From NCBI GenBank assembly GCA_012728375.1, contig JAAYFF010000009.1, positions 8,940 to 72,939 on the forward strand: a stretch of DNA of 64,000 bases. Reading direction: 5' to 3'. The notes below the pieces were generated by a model that saw nothing but the letters and a program-made list of their open reading frames with translations, did not search any database and was not told where the DNA came from. This stretch comes from Bacillota bacterium. Lineage in GTDB: Bacteria > Bacillota > Dethiobacteria > DTU022 > UBA8154. Both the position numbers and the translations under genes were made by a program. Positions within the stretch are counted from its first letter, which is position 1; each line of letters opens with the position of its first letter. Shown in pieces: positions 55,518-64,000 of the stretch.

Positions 55518-56033
55518 TCAGACGAAAACCATAACGTCTTTTAACGGCCTTTTTACAGGTTTAGCGGGTTCTTCGTCCGGATAGCCGATGGGAATCATGG
55601 CCACCGGGCGAATTTTTTTCGTATCCAGCCCCAGCACCTTTGCCACCGCCTCTTCACGAAAAGCCCCTACCCAACAACAGGCCAATCCTTTTTCCACAGC
55701 ACACAGCAGGAGATTTTCTATTGCTGCTGCGGTGTCCTGAAGGGCATAAAGGGTATAGCCCCGCTGCCCGTAGGAGGCGGCTGACCTCCACAGTTCGGCG
55801 CAGACAACAATAATAACCGGAGGTGTTGCCATCCAGGACTGCGCTGCAGCTTCCGCCAGGTCGTCCCGAATTTCCTTATTTTTAACTATATAAAATTTCC
55901 ATGGCTGGACATTGCCGGCAGTCGGAGCCAGACAGGCTGCTTCCAGCAACTGGAAAAGAATTTCCTCCGGAAAGGGATCTCCTTTAAAGCTTCTTACGCT
56001 GCGCCTTTTTTTAACAGCTTCAAAAACATCCAT
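55518..56033 (-). CDS. Nitroreductase family protein
   Basis: RRSVRSF motif and the nitroreductase fold. 171 aa. Confidence 0.8.
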   Translation of the reverse strand: MDVFEAVKKRRSVRSFKGDPFPEEILFQLLEAACLAPTAGNVQPWKFYIVKNKEIRDDLAEAAAQSWMATPPVIIVVCAELWRSAASYGQRGYTLYALQDTAAAIENLLLCAVEKGLACCWVGAFREEAVAKVLGLDTKKIRPVAMIPIGYPDEEPAKPVKRPLKDVMVFV

Positions 56034-56183
56034 TTTTTCTTCTGAAGCATAAAAACTCCAGCTTCCCCTCCTTTCATATGTAAGACTATTTTACCACTTG
56101 CCCCCAGAAAATGAAATAGAGAAATAGCAACGGGCAAAAGACTAAGCTTGCCTGCGGAGGGGGAGGGGGCTGCAGCGGTGCTG

Positions 56184-56633
56184 TCAGGTGCTGAACATAA
56201 GCCTCGTTCCTGCTGCCAGCAGCCCGAGTCCAAGGAGTTTCCACCAGGTAAAAGGAACTGTTTCCATGCCGAAAAGTCCCAGATGATCGAGCAAAACTGC
56301 TGTGGTTACCTGGGCGGCGACGATAGCTGTTGTCGCATTGGCGACTCCCAGCCTGGGGATGGAGGCGGCTACCGCATAGGTGATGAGGACGATTAACAAG
56401 CCGCTTAAAAAGTAATACCAGGGTGCGCTGCCTGCCCGGGCAATATTTCCTTTACCCAGTCCCAAAAGGAATAAGGCTGCAAGGGAGGTCAGCGTTCCCG
56501 TGAGCATGACGATAAGGGTAGTCTCCAGCACGCCGATAATTTTGCCAAGCGCGGCATTGAAGGTTCCCTGTACTGCCATGGTGGCACCGGCCAGGGCAGC
56601 CAGGACAAGGGCAATTAGACTGAACTTCATCAT
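56184..56633 (-). CDS. DMT-superfamily small membrane protein (DUF606/YdcZ-like)
   Basis: 149 aa with 4-5 TM segments. Confidence 0.55.
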   Translation of the reverse strand: MMKFSLIALVLAALAGATMAVQGTFNAALGKIIGVLETTLIVMLTGTLTSLAALFLLGLGKGNIARAGSAPWYYFLSGLLIVLITYAVAASIPRLGVANATTAIVAAQVTTAVLLDHLGLFGMETVPFTWWKLLGLGLLAAGTRLMFST

Positions 56634-56705
56634 GGAAAAGCTCCTTTATTGAATTAACAAGTTCAGTTTGCCCCCATTAAGAAAAATTAGTCATACTAAC
56701 AACTT

Positions 56706-57158
56706 TTATTCGTTCACGTCCCGCGGGCGATCCTTCCCCCGGAGCTCACGCTGGAGCTTGATGGCCTTTAAAAAAACGAGGAGCCCCTCTTTTTCGTCCG
56801 GGGAAAGCCGGCCGATTTCCCTGACAGCCGAGTTCAGGTCCGGATCCCGTACAATCTCCTGCCAGTGGGAATCTGCGGAGATATCGTCGTAGTTGTTGGC
56901 CGCAGGGCTATTATCTTTGCTGCCGGGTTTTCGGCTAAGATAGCCAGCCGCGGTTAACAGTTCCTCCGGGGTGAGGCCCAGGTGCGGGGCCAGCCGTTGC
57001 AGGATGCGGGCATGGGGAATGTTTCGCTCTCCCCTTTCAATACGGGAAAGGTAGGAGGGGCTTAAATCAGCCAAAGCTGCCAGTTTGGTCAAGGGGATGT
57101 TTTTCTCCCGGCGCAGCTTTTTAATAAAGAAACCGAAGGATACGGGATCAATGGGCAT
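56706..57158 (-). CDS. XRE-family HTH transcriptional regulator
   Basis: N-terminal HTH_XRE (LRREKNIPLTKLAALADLSPSYLSRIERGER). Confidence 0.8.
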   Translation of the reverse strand: MPIDPVSFGFFIKKLRREKNIPLTKLAALADLSPSYLSRIERGERNIPHARILQRLAPHLGLTPEELLTAAGYLSRKPGSKDNSPAANNYDDISADSHWQEIVRDPDLNSAVREIGRLSPDEKEGLLVFLKAIKLQRELRGKDRPRDVNE

Positions 57159-57296
57159 TTTGTCACCAAACCTTTCGTTTCCCTATTTTAAAGGAAAAAT
57201 TGCCTCAGGGCAACAATAAAAGACAAAGGCCTTCGTATTGACAATTGGCAAATTATTTTGATATATTGTGTCAAATGGCAAATACGGAGGTTAAAA

Positions 57297-57533
57297 ATGA
57301 TGCACCTGGATATTAGAAGGGATCTCCTTGAAAAAATTTTACAGGAAAAGGGCTGGAGCAAAAAGAGATTTGCCCGGGAGCTGGGAATTGATTATTCGTA
57401 TTTTTGCCGTATCCTGAGAAACGAGCGAAATCCCGGAAGCAAATTTATTAACGAGTTTTTATTTTTTTGCAAGAAATATGGCCTTTCCTTTAACGAATAT
57501 GTTTTTATAAAACTTGGCAAAGAACGCAAATAA
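57297..57533 (+). CDS. Small HTH (XRE/Cro-like) DNA-binding protein, divergent from the XRE regulator
   Basis: KKRFARELGIDYSYFCRILRNER HTH. A GGAGG RBS lies 6 nt upstream. Confidence 0.6.
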   Translation: MMHLDIRRDLLEKILQEKGWSKKRFARELGIDYSYFCRILRNERNPGSKFINEFLFFCKKYGLSFNEYVFIKLGKERK

Positions 57534-57600
57534 CATTATCATATACATAATCATATACATAACTCCACTAACGATAACGGGACTGGAGGCAAAAGGAGTC

Positions 57601-58404
57601 ATGCGGACAGAAGAAATTACTATTCAGGTTGAAAACTTTGCCCTTCGGGGCCGGGCTTACTGGCCCGGGAGTGTTTGTAGCCCGGATAAGGATAAGCCTT
57701 TTCTAATTCTTTGCCACGGCATACCCCGGGCGGGGACAGAAGGGGAAAAAAAGGCGGTAGGCCAAGAAGGGGGCAGTGACGGCGGCTATCCGGCTCTAGC
57801 CGCCAGGTGTGCGTCCCTGGGGCTGCCGGTTTTCCATTTTAATTTTCGCGGGACGGGTGAGAGCGAAGGAGACTTTGATTTGCCGGGGTGGACCCGGGAT
57901 TTGCTTGCTTTTTTGGATTACTGGGAAAAAAGGGGAGCAGAGCGGGGTTTTTCTCTCTGGGGTTTCAGCGCGGGGGCTGCTGTTTCAGCCTGCGTGGCTG
58001 CCGCGGAGCCGCGGGTTAAAAATGTGATTCTCGCCGCTTGTCCGGCAAGTTTCCGGAAGCTTTTCCCCCGGGAAGGGCTGGACCAGCTCATTGACCGCTT
58101 CCGCCGGACCGGGATAATACGCGACCCGGCTTTCCCTTACGATCCTGTTCAGTGGCTGGAGGGTATTTACGCGGTGGAACCCGTGAAGTACATAGCCCGG
58201 CTGGCTCCCAGACCCCTGCTTTTGGCGCACGGCACCGCTGACGAGCTGATTCCGTACAGCCACGCCTTTGAATTATACCGGCAAGCGGGCCGCGGCAGGC
58301 AACTGTTAATCCTGCCGGGGGCGCGCCATCAGCTGCGCAGGGATGAAAAGGCGGTAGATTTCTGCCTGAAGATGCTGGAAGAAATGGCTCGCCAGGGTAC
58401 TTGA
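57601..58404 (+). CDS. Alpha/beta hydrolase family protein
   Basis: GFSAGA nucleophile elbow (GxSxG) and a C-terminal HGTADELIP. The start was trimmed to MRTEEIT. Confidence 0.7.
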   Translation: MRTEEITIQVENFALRGRAYWPGSVCSPDKDKPFLILCHGIPRAGTEGEKKAVGQEGGSDGGYPALAARCASLGLPVFHFNFRGTGESEGDFDLPGWTRDLLAFLDYWEKRGAERGFSLWGFSAGAAVSACVAAAEPRVKNVILAACPASFRKLFPREGLDQLIDRFRRTGIIRDPAFPYDPVQWLEGIYAVEPVKYIARLAPRPLLLAHGTADELIPYSHAFELYRQAGRGRQLLILPGARHQLRRDEKAVDFCLKMLEEMARQGT

Positions 58405-58460
58405 CCTCGTCATTTGCCATCCGTACTCCTATCCGGCTTCAACCCTTTGAGACCGGAAAT

Positions 58461-59048
58461 CTATCCCGGAAAAAAATTGTTCTCCCAGAAGGAGTGTTTG
58501 AGGCTGTGTCCTTCCAGAGCGGCGATACATGATTCGGTGAGGAGATCGAGCCGGTAAAACAAGGCTGGGGCTTGCTTTTCCCCCGAGCCTTTGCGGGTCA
58601 GGGGTCCAAAGGGAACGAAATAAATGCCCCGGATATCCATCAGCGCGGAGATATCGCCAAAGGGCGGAGGGGTATCCTTCTCCAGGACCGGGGCGATGAC
58701 CAGCGGCAGGCCGTTGTGATCCCGATCCCGGGGAATCATTTCCGCCAACAAGCTCAGCTGCTTTCCTGTACAGGGGATAAAAACCAGCAAATCAAAAAGG
58801 GAGCCTTCCCTAGCAGGACAAAACTTGCCCAGGGGCTTCAAATCCTGCCCATAATTATCCGTTATCTTCCGGATTGGCGTCAGCTTGCGGATAAAGGCCG
58901 GAAAACCGTCTTTTTCTTCTCCCAGTAAAATGATGAGGACTTCCGCGCCTTCGAACATAATCCTGTTGATTTCATTTAAAATACGGGTATCGCCGAGCTG
59001 TTTAATTTTCAGCATGATACCGATTTTTTTGCTCTGTAAGCGCATCAT
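58461..59048 (-). CDS. Dipicolinate synthase subunit B (SpoVFB/DpaB)-like flavoprotein homolog, possibly degenerate
   Basis: It aligns with SpoVFB at the N-terminus (KKIGIMLK...FEGAEV), at V(F/I)APxTG and at I(Y/F)F(V/I)PFG...(K/R)(M/L)DLL. The GLTGSHC flavin-loop is replaced by MLKIKQLGD. Confidence 0.45.
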   Translation of the reverse strand: MMRLQSKKIGIMLKIKQLGDTRILNEINRIMFEGAEVLIILLGEEKDGFPAFIRKLTPIRKITDNYGQDLKPLGKFCPAREGSLFDLLVFIPCTGKQLSLLAEMIPRDRDHNGLPLVIAPVLEKDTPPPFGDISALMDIRGIYFVPFGPLTRKGSGEKQAPALFYRLDLLTESCIAALEGHSLKHSFWENNFFPG

Positions 59049-59112
59049 GGAAACACCTCCCGGTGCTAATTTATGGTATGCTTTTCAGCCGGGAAGGTGT
59101 CAATGAAAAAAA

Positions 59113-59919
59113 TTAGAGGTCGAGGAGATTTTCCAGGCCGTAAACCAGCCCTTTAAGGGAAGCAATTTTTTTAATTGCCAGTAAGACTCCGGGCATAAAT
59201 GATTTGCGGTCGTAGGAATCGTGGCGGATGGTTAAAGTCTGGCCCAGTCCGCCGAAGATGACCTCCTGGTGAGCGATAAGTCCTTCCAGCCTGACGCTGT
59301 GGATATGGACGTTTTCTGCTACCGCGCCCCTCGCTCCGGCGAGTTTTAAAAGCTCTTCCCGCTTTTGGGGCTCTTCGCGGCGGCCGGCGGCAATCATCTC
59401 CGCGGTCTTTAACGATGTTCCCGAAGGGGCATCGATTTTCTGGTCGTGATGCAGTTCGATAATTTCCGCATGTTTGAAATAGCGGGCAGCTAACTGGGCA
59501 AATTTCATCATCAGGACCGCTCCCAAGGCGAAGTTCGGCGCGATAAACGCGCTTAAGCCCGCTTTTTCAACCCATTCTTCAATAAGCTTAAGATCGACCT
59601 GGGTAATTCCGGTGGTGCCGACAACAGGGCGGATTCCGCAAGCCAGGGAGATTTTAATATTATCCATGACAGCCATGGGAGTTGTAAAATCTACCATAAC
59701 TTGGATTTTCCCCTCGGCGAGGGCTTCGCTGCTTAAATTCCGGAGCACAATTCCCAGTTTTTTCTTTCCCAGCACTTCGCCGATATCTTCCCCAATGCCC
59801 TGGAGATCGAAAGCTCCGGCCAGTTGGAGTTCTTCATCATCCAGCACAGCTTGGCAAACTTCCCGTCCCATGCGCCCAAAAGCCCCGTTGACGGCAACAT
59901 TGATTTTTTCCACTGTCAA
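59113..59919 (-). CDS. dapB: 4-hydroxy-tetrahydrodipicolinate reductase DapB
   Basis: GAFGRMGREV NAD(P)-binding motif and the ELHHDQKIDAPSGT catalytic motif. Confidence 0.9.
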   Translation of the reverse strand: MTVEKINVAVNGAFGRMGREVCQAVLDDEELQLAGAFDLQGIGEDIGEVLGKKKLGIVLRNLSSEALAEGKIQVMVDFTTPMAVMDNIKISLACGIRPVVGTTGITQVDLKLIEEWVEKAGLSAFIAPNFALGAVLMMKFAQLAARYFKHAEIIELHHDQKIDAPSGTSLKTAEMIAAGRREEPQKREELLKLAGARGAVAENVHIHSVRLEGLIAHQEVIFGGLGQTLTIRHDSYDRKSFMPGVLLAIKKIASLKGLVYGLENLLDL

Positions 59920-60089
59920 TACCCCCTGTTTTTAGCTGCTATTCGCTTAAACTCCTTTGATTGTCCTAGAAAAACCAGAAGATGTCAAGAATTCATCTAG
60001 GTTGGGCGGGGAAACTTACAAATAACGGGTTTATGAAAATTCGGCAACAAATTTTAGGGTGAAGATGCAATAGAAAAGGGGGTACCCAG

Positions 60090-61127
60090 GTGGTATTAAA
60101 AATCGGAATTAACGGTTTTGGCCGTATCGGCCGCGTAACATACCGCGCGCTTCTTGAAAAAGGCGGCGCGGAGGTGGTAGCTGTAAATGATCTGGCCGAC
60201 AGCAGGACCCTGGCACACCTGCTCAGCTACGATTCCCTTTATGGAAAGCTTCCGTTTGAAGTTGAGGCGGAAGAAGGGGCGCTCAGGGTCAACGGGAGAG
60301 TTATTTGGACATTTCAGGAGAAGGACCCGGGGAAAATCCCCTGGGCTGAGCTTGGGGTGGAGGTTGTCGTGGAGTCTACCGGGCGCTTCCGCACGCGGGA
60401 AGAGGCCTCGCGCCACCTGGAAGGGGGGGCTTTGCGGGTTATTGTTACCGCTCCCATGAAAGATCCCGATATCACAATTGTCATGGGCGTCAATGAGGAA
60501 AAGTATAACCCCGATGTTCACAAGGTGATCTCCAATGCCTCCTGCACCACGAATGCCCTGGCCCCTGTAGTCAAGGTTCTGCAGGATTCCTTTGGGATAG
60601 AAAAAGCCCTTATCAATACTACCCATGCTTATACAAACGACCAGAGCCTGCTGGACTTTGCCCACAGGGACTTGCGCCGCGCCAGAGCGGCTTTTCTTTC
60701 CTTAATACCTACTTCAACAGGAGCAGCCCGGGCTATCGGTGATGTAATTCCCGAATTAAAAGGGCGTATTGACGGTTTTGCCGTACGCGTTCCCACTCCC
60801 ACCGTGTCCCTTCTGGATATCGTCGCCCTGCTGGAAAGGGAAGTCACGGCAGAGGAGGTTAATGAAGCGCTCCGCCAGGGCGCGGAGAAGGCGCCGGAAA
60901 TTCTGGCTTTCAGCATGGAGCCCCTGGTTTCGGCTGATTACCGGCGGAGTCCCTATTCCAGCGTCATTGACGGGCTCAGCACCATGGTTACCCGCGGCAA
61001 TCTCGCGCGGGTCGTCACCTGGTACGACAATGAGTGGAGCTATTCCTGCCGGGTTGTTGATCTGGCGCTATTCACCCGGGAAAGGGAAAAGGAGAAGAAA
61101 GAAGCAGTTTTGGCCGGGCAGGCTTGA
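60090..61127 (+). CDS. gap: Type I glyceraldehyde-3-phosphate dehydrogenase
   Basis: INGFGRIGR and the ASCTTN active site. The GTG start has an AAGGGGG RBS. Confidence 0.9.
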   Translation: MVLKIGINGFGRIGRVTYRALLEKGGAEVVAVNDLADSRTLAHLLSYDSLYGKLPFEVEAEEGALRVNGRVIWTFQEKDPGKIPWAELGVEVVVESTGRFRTREEASRHLEGGALRVIVTAPMKDPDITIVMGVNEEKYNPDVHKVISNASCTTNALAPVVKVLQDSFGIEKALINTTHAYTNDQSLLDFAHRDLRRARAAFLSLIPTSTGAARAIGDVIPELKGRIDGFAVRVPTPTVSLLDIVALLEREVTAEEVNEALRQGAEKAPEILAFSMEPLVSADYRRSPYSSVIDGLSTMVTRGNLARVVTWYDNEWSYSCRVVDLALFTREREKEKKEAVLAGQA

Positions 61128-61231
61128 TTTTTTTGCCTCCTGCCCTTTACTTTTTCTTTTTTTAAGCGATAAGATTTTTAGAGAGCGCATACTCCAAGTT
61201 TGGATATTTTGTGCAGGCGAAGGTGAAAAAA

Positions 61232-61525
61232 ATGAAAGTAAATCGGCCTGAGATTATTTCCTTGATTAACAAGATTTATAAGCAGGAGCATGCCAGAGGA
61301 AAAGTTCGCTCCACCCCCTTCGGCAACAGCCGTAAGGATCGGGTTGAGTTTTCCGCCACCTTGGAATCGCTGAAAAAAGAGCTGGCACGCCTGGAAGAGA
61401 TGGATACTGCCAGGGCGGAAAAGCTTGATCAGCTGGCCCGCCGCATTGAGGCGGGAGAATACGAGGTGGATGCCCGGGAGCTGGCCGACATTCTAATGGG
61501 AGTTATCAGAGAAAACCGCTTTTAG
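61232..61525 (+). CDS. flgM: Anti-sigma-28 factor FlgM
   Basis: Typical FlgM N- and C-termini (VRSTPFGNS...ARRIEAGEYEVDARELADILM). Confidence 0.8.
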   Translation: MKVNRPEIISLINKIYKQEHARGKVRSTPFGNSRKDRVEFSATLESLKKELARLEEMDTARAEKLDQLARRIEAGEYEVDARELADILMGVIRENRF

Positions 61526-61602
61526 CCTGAAAAGATCATTCACAAGGAGGTGTGCCTGTTTTTCCGGGCAGGTAAACTGCCTGTTACGAAAACAGGATTT
61601 TT

Positions 61603-62073
61603 ATGGTTGACGGAGCAAAGTTGCAGGAAATACTGCAAGAAAATGCCGATCTTTTGGAGCAAATGGTTGATCTGGAAGAAGAAACCCAGTATTTGCTCGT
61701 GCACAGCGATGCCGGGAAGCTGGAGGCATTGAACATGCGGAAAGAGAAGCTGATTACCCGCATGGCGGAGCTGGAGGAGCAGCGCAAGGGAATGTTTGCT
61801 GCGGGGACTACCCTGGAACAATATCTGGCTGCTGAAGAACCCCCAAACCGCAGGGAGCTGGAAGAGCTAAGAAAGCTTATTTTAAAAAGGCATGCCTCCC
61901 TGCAAAAAAAGTTGAGAATAAACCGCTATTTACTGCGCCATAACCTGCATTTTACCCGCCAGGCAATGAACTGCCTTTTCCCCGGGGTAAAAGATGCCGC
62001 GCTTTATGCTGCCAGCGGGGAAAAAAGCGGTCAGGTGCCGTATCCTGCAGGTCTTGTTGATTCCAATGCTTAA
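61603..62073 (+). CDS. flgN: FlgN-family flagellar export chaperone
   Basis: Helical 156-aa protein located between flgM and flgK. Confidence 0.65.
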   Translation: MVDGAKLQEILQENADLLEQMVDLEEETQYLLVHSDAGKLEALNMRKEKLITRMAELEEQRKGMFAAGTTLEQYLAAEEPPNRRELEELRKLILKRHASLQKKLRINRYLLRHNLHFTRQAMNCLFPGVKDAALYAASGEKSGQVPYPAGLVDSNA

Positions 62074-62167
62074 AAATGATTTAGGTGTAAGAAGTCGGCA
62101 CCCGGAATGAGTTCCGGGAATTCGAAGGAGCGAAGAAGCCGGCTTTTAAAAAAGGAGGAGCCGTAAT

Positions 62168-64000
62168 ATGGGAAGTACCTTTGGAAGCTTTGAAATAGGC
62201 CGCCGGGGCATCCACGTGATGCAAAAGGGTTCGCAGGTTGCGGGTCAGAATATCGCCAACGCCAATACGCCGGGGTATTCACGGCAGATTATGAACCTCA
62301 AGGCCTTACGTCCGCCTGCTGTTCCGGGGGTTGAGACCCCGCCGGGCTACGGGGTGGACGTTGCGGCGATTAATCGCATCAAGAGCGAATTTTACAGCAA
62401 TCAAATTCTGCAATCCTTAACCGCCCGGGATTACTGGAGCCAATTGGGAGAGACCCTGGCTGCCCTGGAAGTGATCTTTCTCGAACCCGGTGATACGGGG
62501 ATCAATACATACTTAAGCGAGTTTTTTGACGCCTGGCAGGAGGTCAGCGTTAACCCGGAAAGCTACGCGGCGCGGGTCAACCTGGTGGAACAGGCCGATA
62601 CCCTGTCAGGAGTAGTCCGGGAAATGTACGGCCGGCTGGAAGATATGTTCATTGATACTGAAAAAGAGATAAACGATTGCATTACTGAGATCAATGTTCT
62701 GGCCGAGGAGATTGCCAATTTAAACAAGCAAATTGTTTTCCATGAAGCACTGGGCAAGGTTTCCAATGAGCTGCTGGATGAACGGGATCTTCGTATACAG
62801 GAACTGAGCGAGCTTATTGATATCAAGGTTTTGCAAAAAGAAAGCGGCGCCGTGGAAATAATGGCCGGGGGGCGCACCCTTCTCCATGACGATCTCTTTT
62901 TTCCGCTGGAAAAAGTAATAGTTTTTAACGAGGAAACGCGGGAAAGGGAATTTTCGATTCAGAACAACTTTAAGTTCAAGGTAAACCCCCTGGGAGGAAA
63001 ACTGCAAGGCCTGCTGGAGACCTTTAACGAAGTCCTGCCTTTTTACAGGGCTGCTATGGACGACCTCGCCTATCATCTGGTCCGGGAGGTCAACCGCGTT
63101 CACCGGGAGGGCTTCGGACTTGAAGGGAGCACGGGGCTTAATTTTTTTGAGCCCTGGGAAGATCCCATGCCCGGGGACGTAATTATCTCAGGTTTTGAGG
63201 CCGACCCGGGGGGCAATATTACCTCCCTCGGCTTTCCTCCGGGAATCCCGGACAGCAGGAAACTTTTGGACGGAGAGTACCGACTGGAAACCGAAGTCGG
63301 TTATAACGGGGTGTCAACAGCTGAAACAGTTTCCTCATACAGCCGCAACGGACAAGCCCTTGTCAGCGGGGTTGATGTAGCCGTTGACAACGAGCTTAAT
63401 TCCTCCATATTCTTCGAAGTCACCAAATTGGACGGAGAGGACATCTACCTTCACTATAGCTACATCCATACAAAAGTTAACGGCGATGGTGAGCTGCAAA
63501 CCAATGTAGATGAAGGGATAAAAAAATTAAAGGCCGGGGATAACGCAGGTGTTGCCTTTGGTTCCGGTGATGGCTGGACGCTGGAGCTGAATATTACTCT
63601 TGAAGATATCCTGAATTTTTCCGAAGGCGATAAATTTATTATCCAAGTCTCAGCAGCAGGAAGCGGATCGGATCGGATCAGGCTGGAAAGCACGGATGGG
63701 GTAAAGGCGGTTTATGCAATAACTGCCGCAAGCGGGGCCTTCGAGGGAGAGCAGGAGCTGCAATTTTTCCAGCTCGACGAATCAACCGGAGAACATAGAA
63801 AAGTAAGTCTTATTATCGGGGTGAACGGCCTGACGACGGATTCGGATGCTGTATTTACAGTGGGACCGTTTCAGCCGGAACATCCAAGGGAATACATCTA
63901 CCAGGCTGCTGCCAAATTAAAAGTGAATCCATACCTCATTGAAAATAAGGACGCTGTTGCTGCAGCGGGAAAAGACCGCGCTCCCGGGGACGGTGCCAAT
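62168..64000 (+). CDS. flgK: Flagellar hook-associated protein 1 FlgK (3'-truncated by window edge)
   Basis: N-terminal flagellar rod/hook motif (GQNIANANTPGYSRQ). GGAGGAG RBS. The ORF is open through the window end. Confidence 0.85.
   Translation, partial: MGSTFGSFEIGRRGIHVMQKGSQVAGQNIANANTPGYSRQIMNLKALRPPAVPGVETPPGYGVDVAAINRIKSEFYSNQILQSLTARDYWSQLGETLAALEVIFLEPGDTGINTYLSEFFDAWQEVSVNPESYAARVNLVEQADTLSGVVREMYGRLEDMFIDTEKEINDCITEINVLAEEIANLNKQIVFHEALGKVSNELLDERDLRIQELSELIDIKVLQKESGAVEIMAGGRTLLHDDLFFPLEKVIVFNEETREREFSIQNNFKFKVNPLGGKLQGLLETFNEVLPFYRAAMDDLAYHLVREVNRVHREGFGLEGSTGLNFFEPWEDPMPGDVIISGFEADPGGNITSLGFPPGIPDSRKLLDGEYRLETEVGYNGVSTAETVSSYSRNGQALVSGVDVAVDNELNSSIFFEVTKLDGEDIYLHYSYIHTKVNGDGELQTNVDEGIKKLKAGDNAGVAFGSGDGWTLELNITLEDILNFSEGDKFIIQVSAAGSGSDRIRLESTDGVKAVYAITAASGAFEGEQELQFFQLDESTGEHRKVSLIIGVNGLTTDSDAVFTVGPFQPEHPREYIYQAAAKLKVNPYLIENKDAVAAAGKDRAPGDGAN

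Noticed and set aside
56034-58460. Prophage remnant or mobile element around the divergent HTH pair
   Set aside because: There is no integrase, recombinase, terminal repeat or att-like duplication visible. The flanking genes are ordinary housekeeping genes.

Overview
This 64 kb window looks like chromosomal DNA from a spore-forming, flagellated, strictly anaerobic Firmicute (Clostridia; Peptococcaceae- or Thermoanaerobacterales-like). By eye the GC content is about 55%. Supporting genes include rubrerythrin, desulfoferrodoxin, Spo0E/CotF/Veg/DpaB-like sporulation genes, flgMNK, and a COG1900 homocysteine route. Coding density is high and I identify about 60 CDSs. They include a CHASE2 adenylate cyclase, an rbr-dfx operon, a hydrogenase-less NuoE/NuoF/ferredoxin/glutamate-synthase-FMN oxidoreductase cluster, a GAF histidine kinase with an OmpR regulator, a MacB-type ABC system with a giant CARDB-like repeat protein, a secreted cell-envelope island (S41 peptidase, CAP, LCP, TagA), tRNA-Thr(CGU), a SAM-I riboswitch upstream of metK, recD2, comFC, rsmA, veg, a LysM/DUF3794 protein, queT, a COG1900/NIL-ferredoxin/COG2122 homocysteine cluster, pcm, a radical SAM protein, csaB, a divergent HTH pair, dpaB-like + dapB, gap and flgM-flgN-flgK. 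The features I would look at first are two families of structured intergenic repeats sitting just 3' of genes. One is a paired-hairpin inverted-repeat element with a GGGACGGTTCT core, present at four loci and overlapping stop codons. The other is a 44-bp double-hairpin unit present as a 6-copy tandem array plus a solo copy. A second priority is an unusual NADH-dehydrogenase-like module joined to a stand-alone glutamate-synthase FMN-domain protein, which may be an uncharacterised electron-bifurcating-type oxidoreductase. I found no CRISPR array, integrase or transposase. Coordinates I derived by hand may be off by 1-2 nt.
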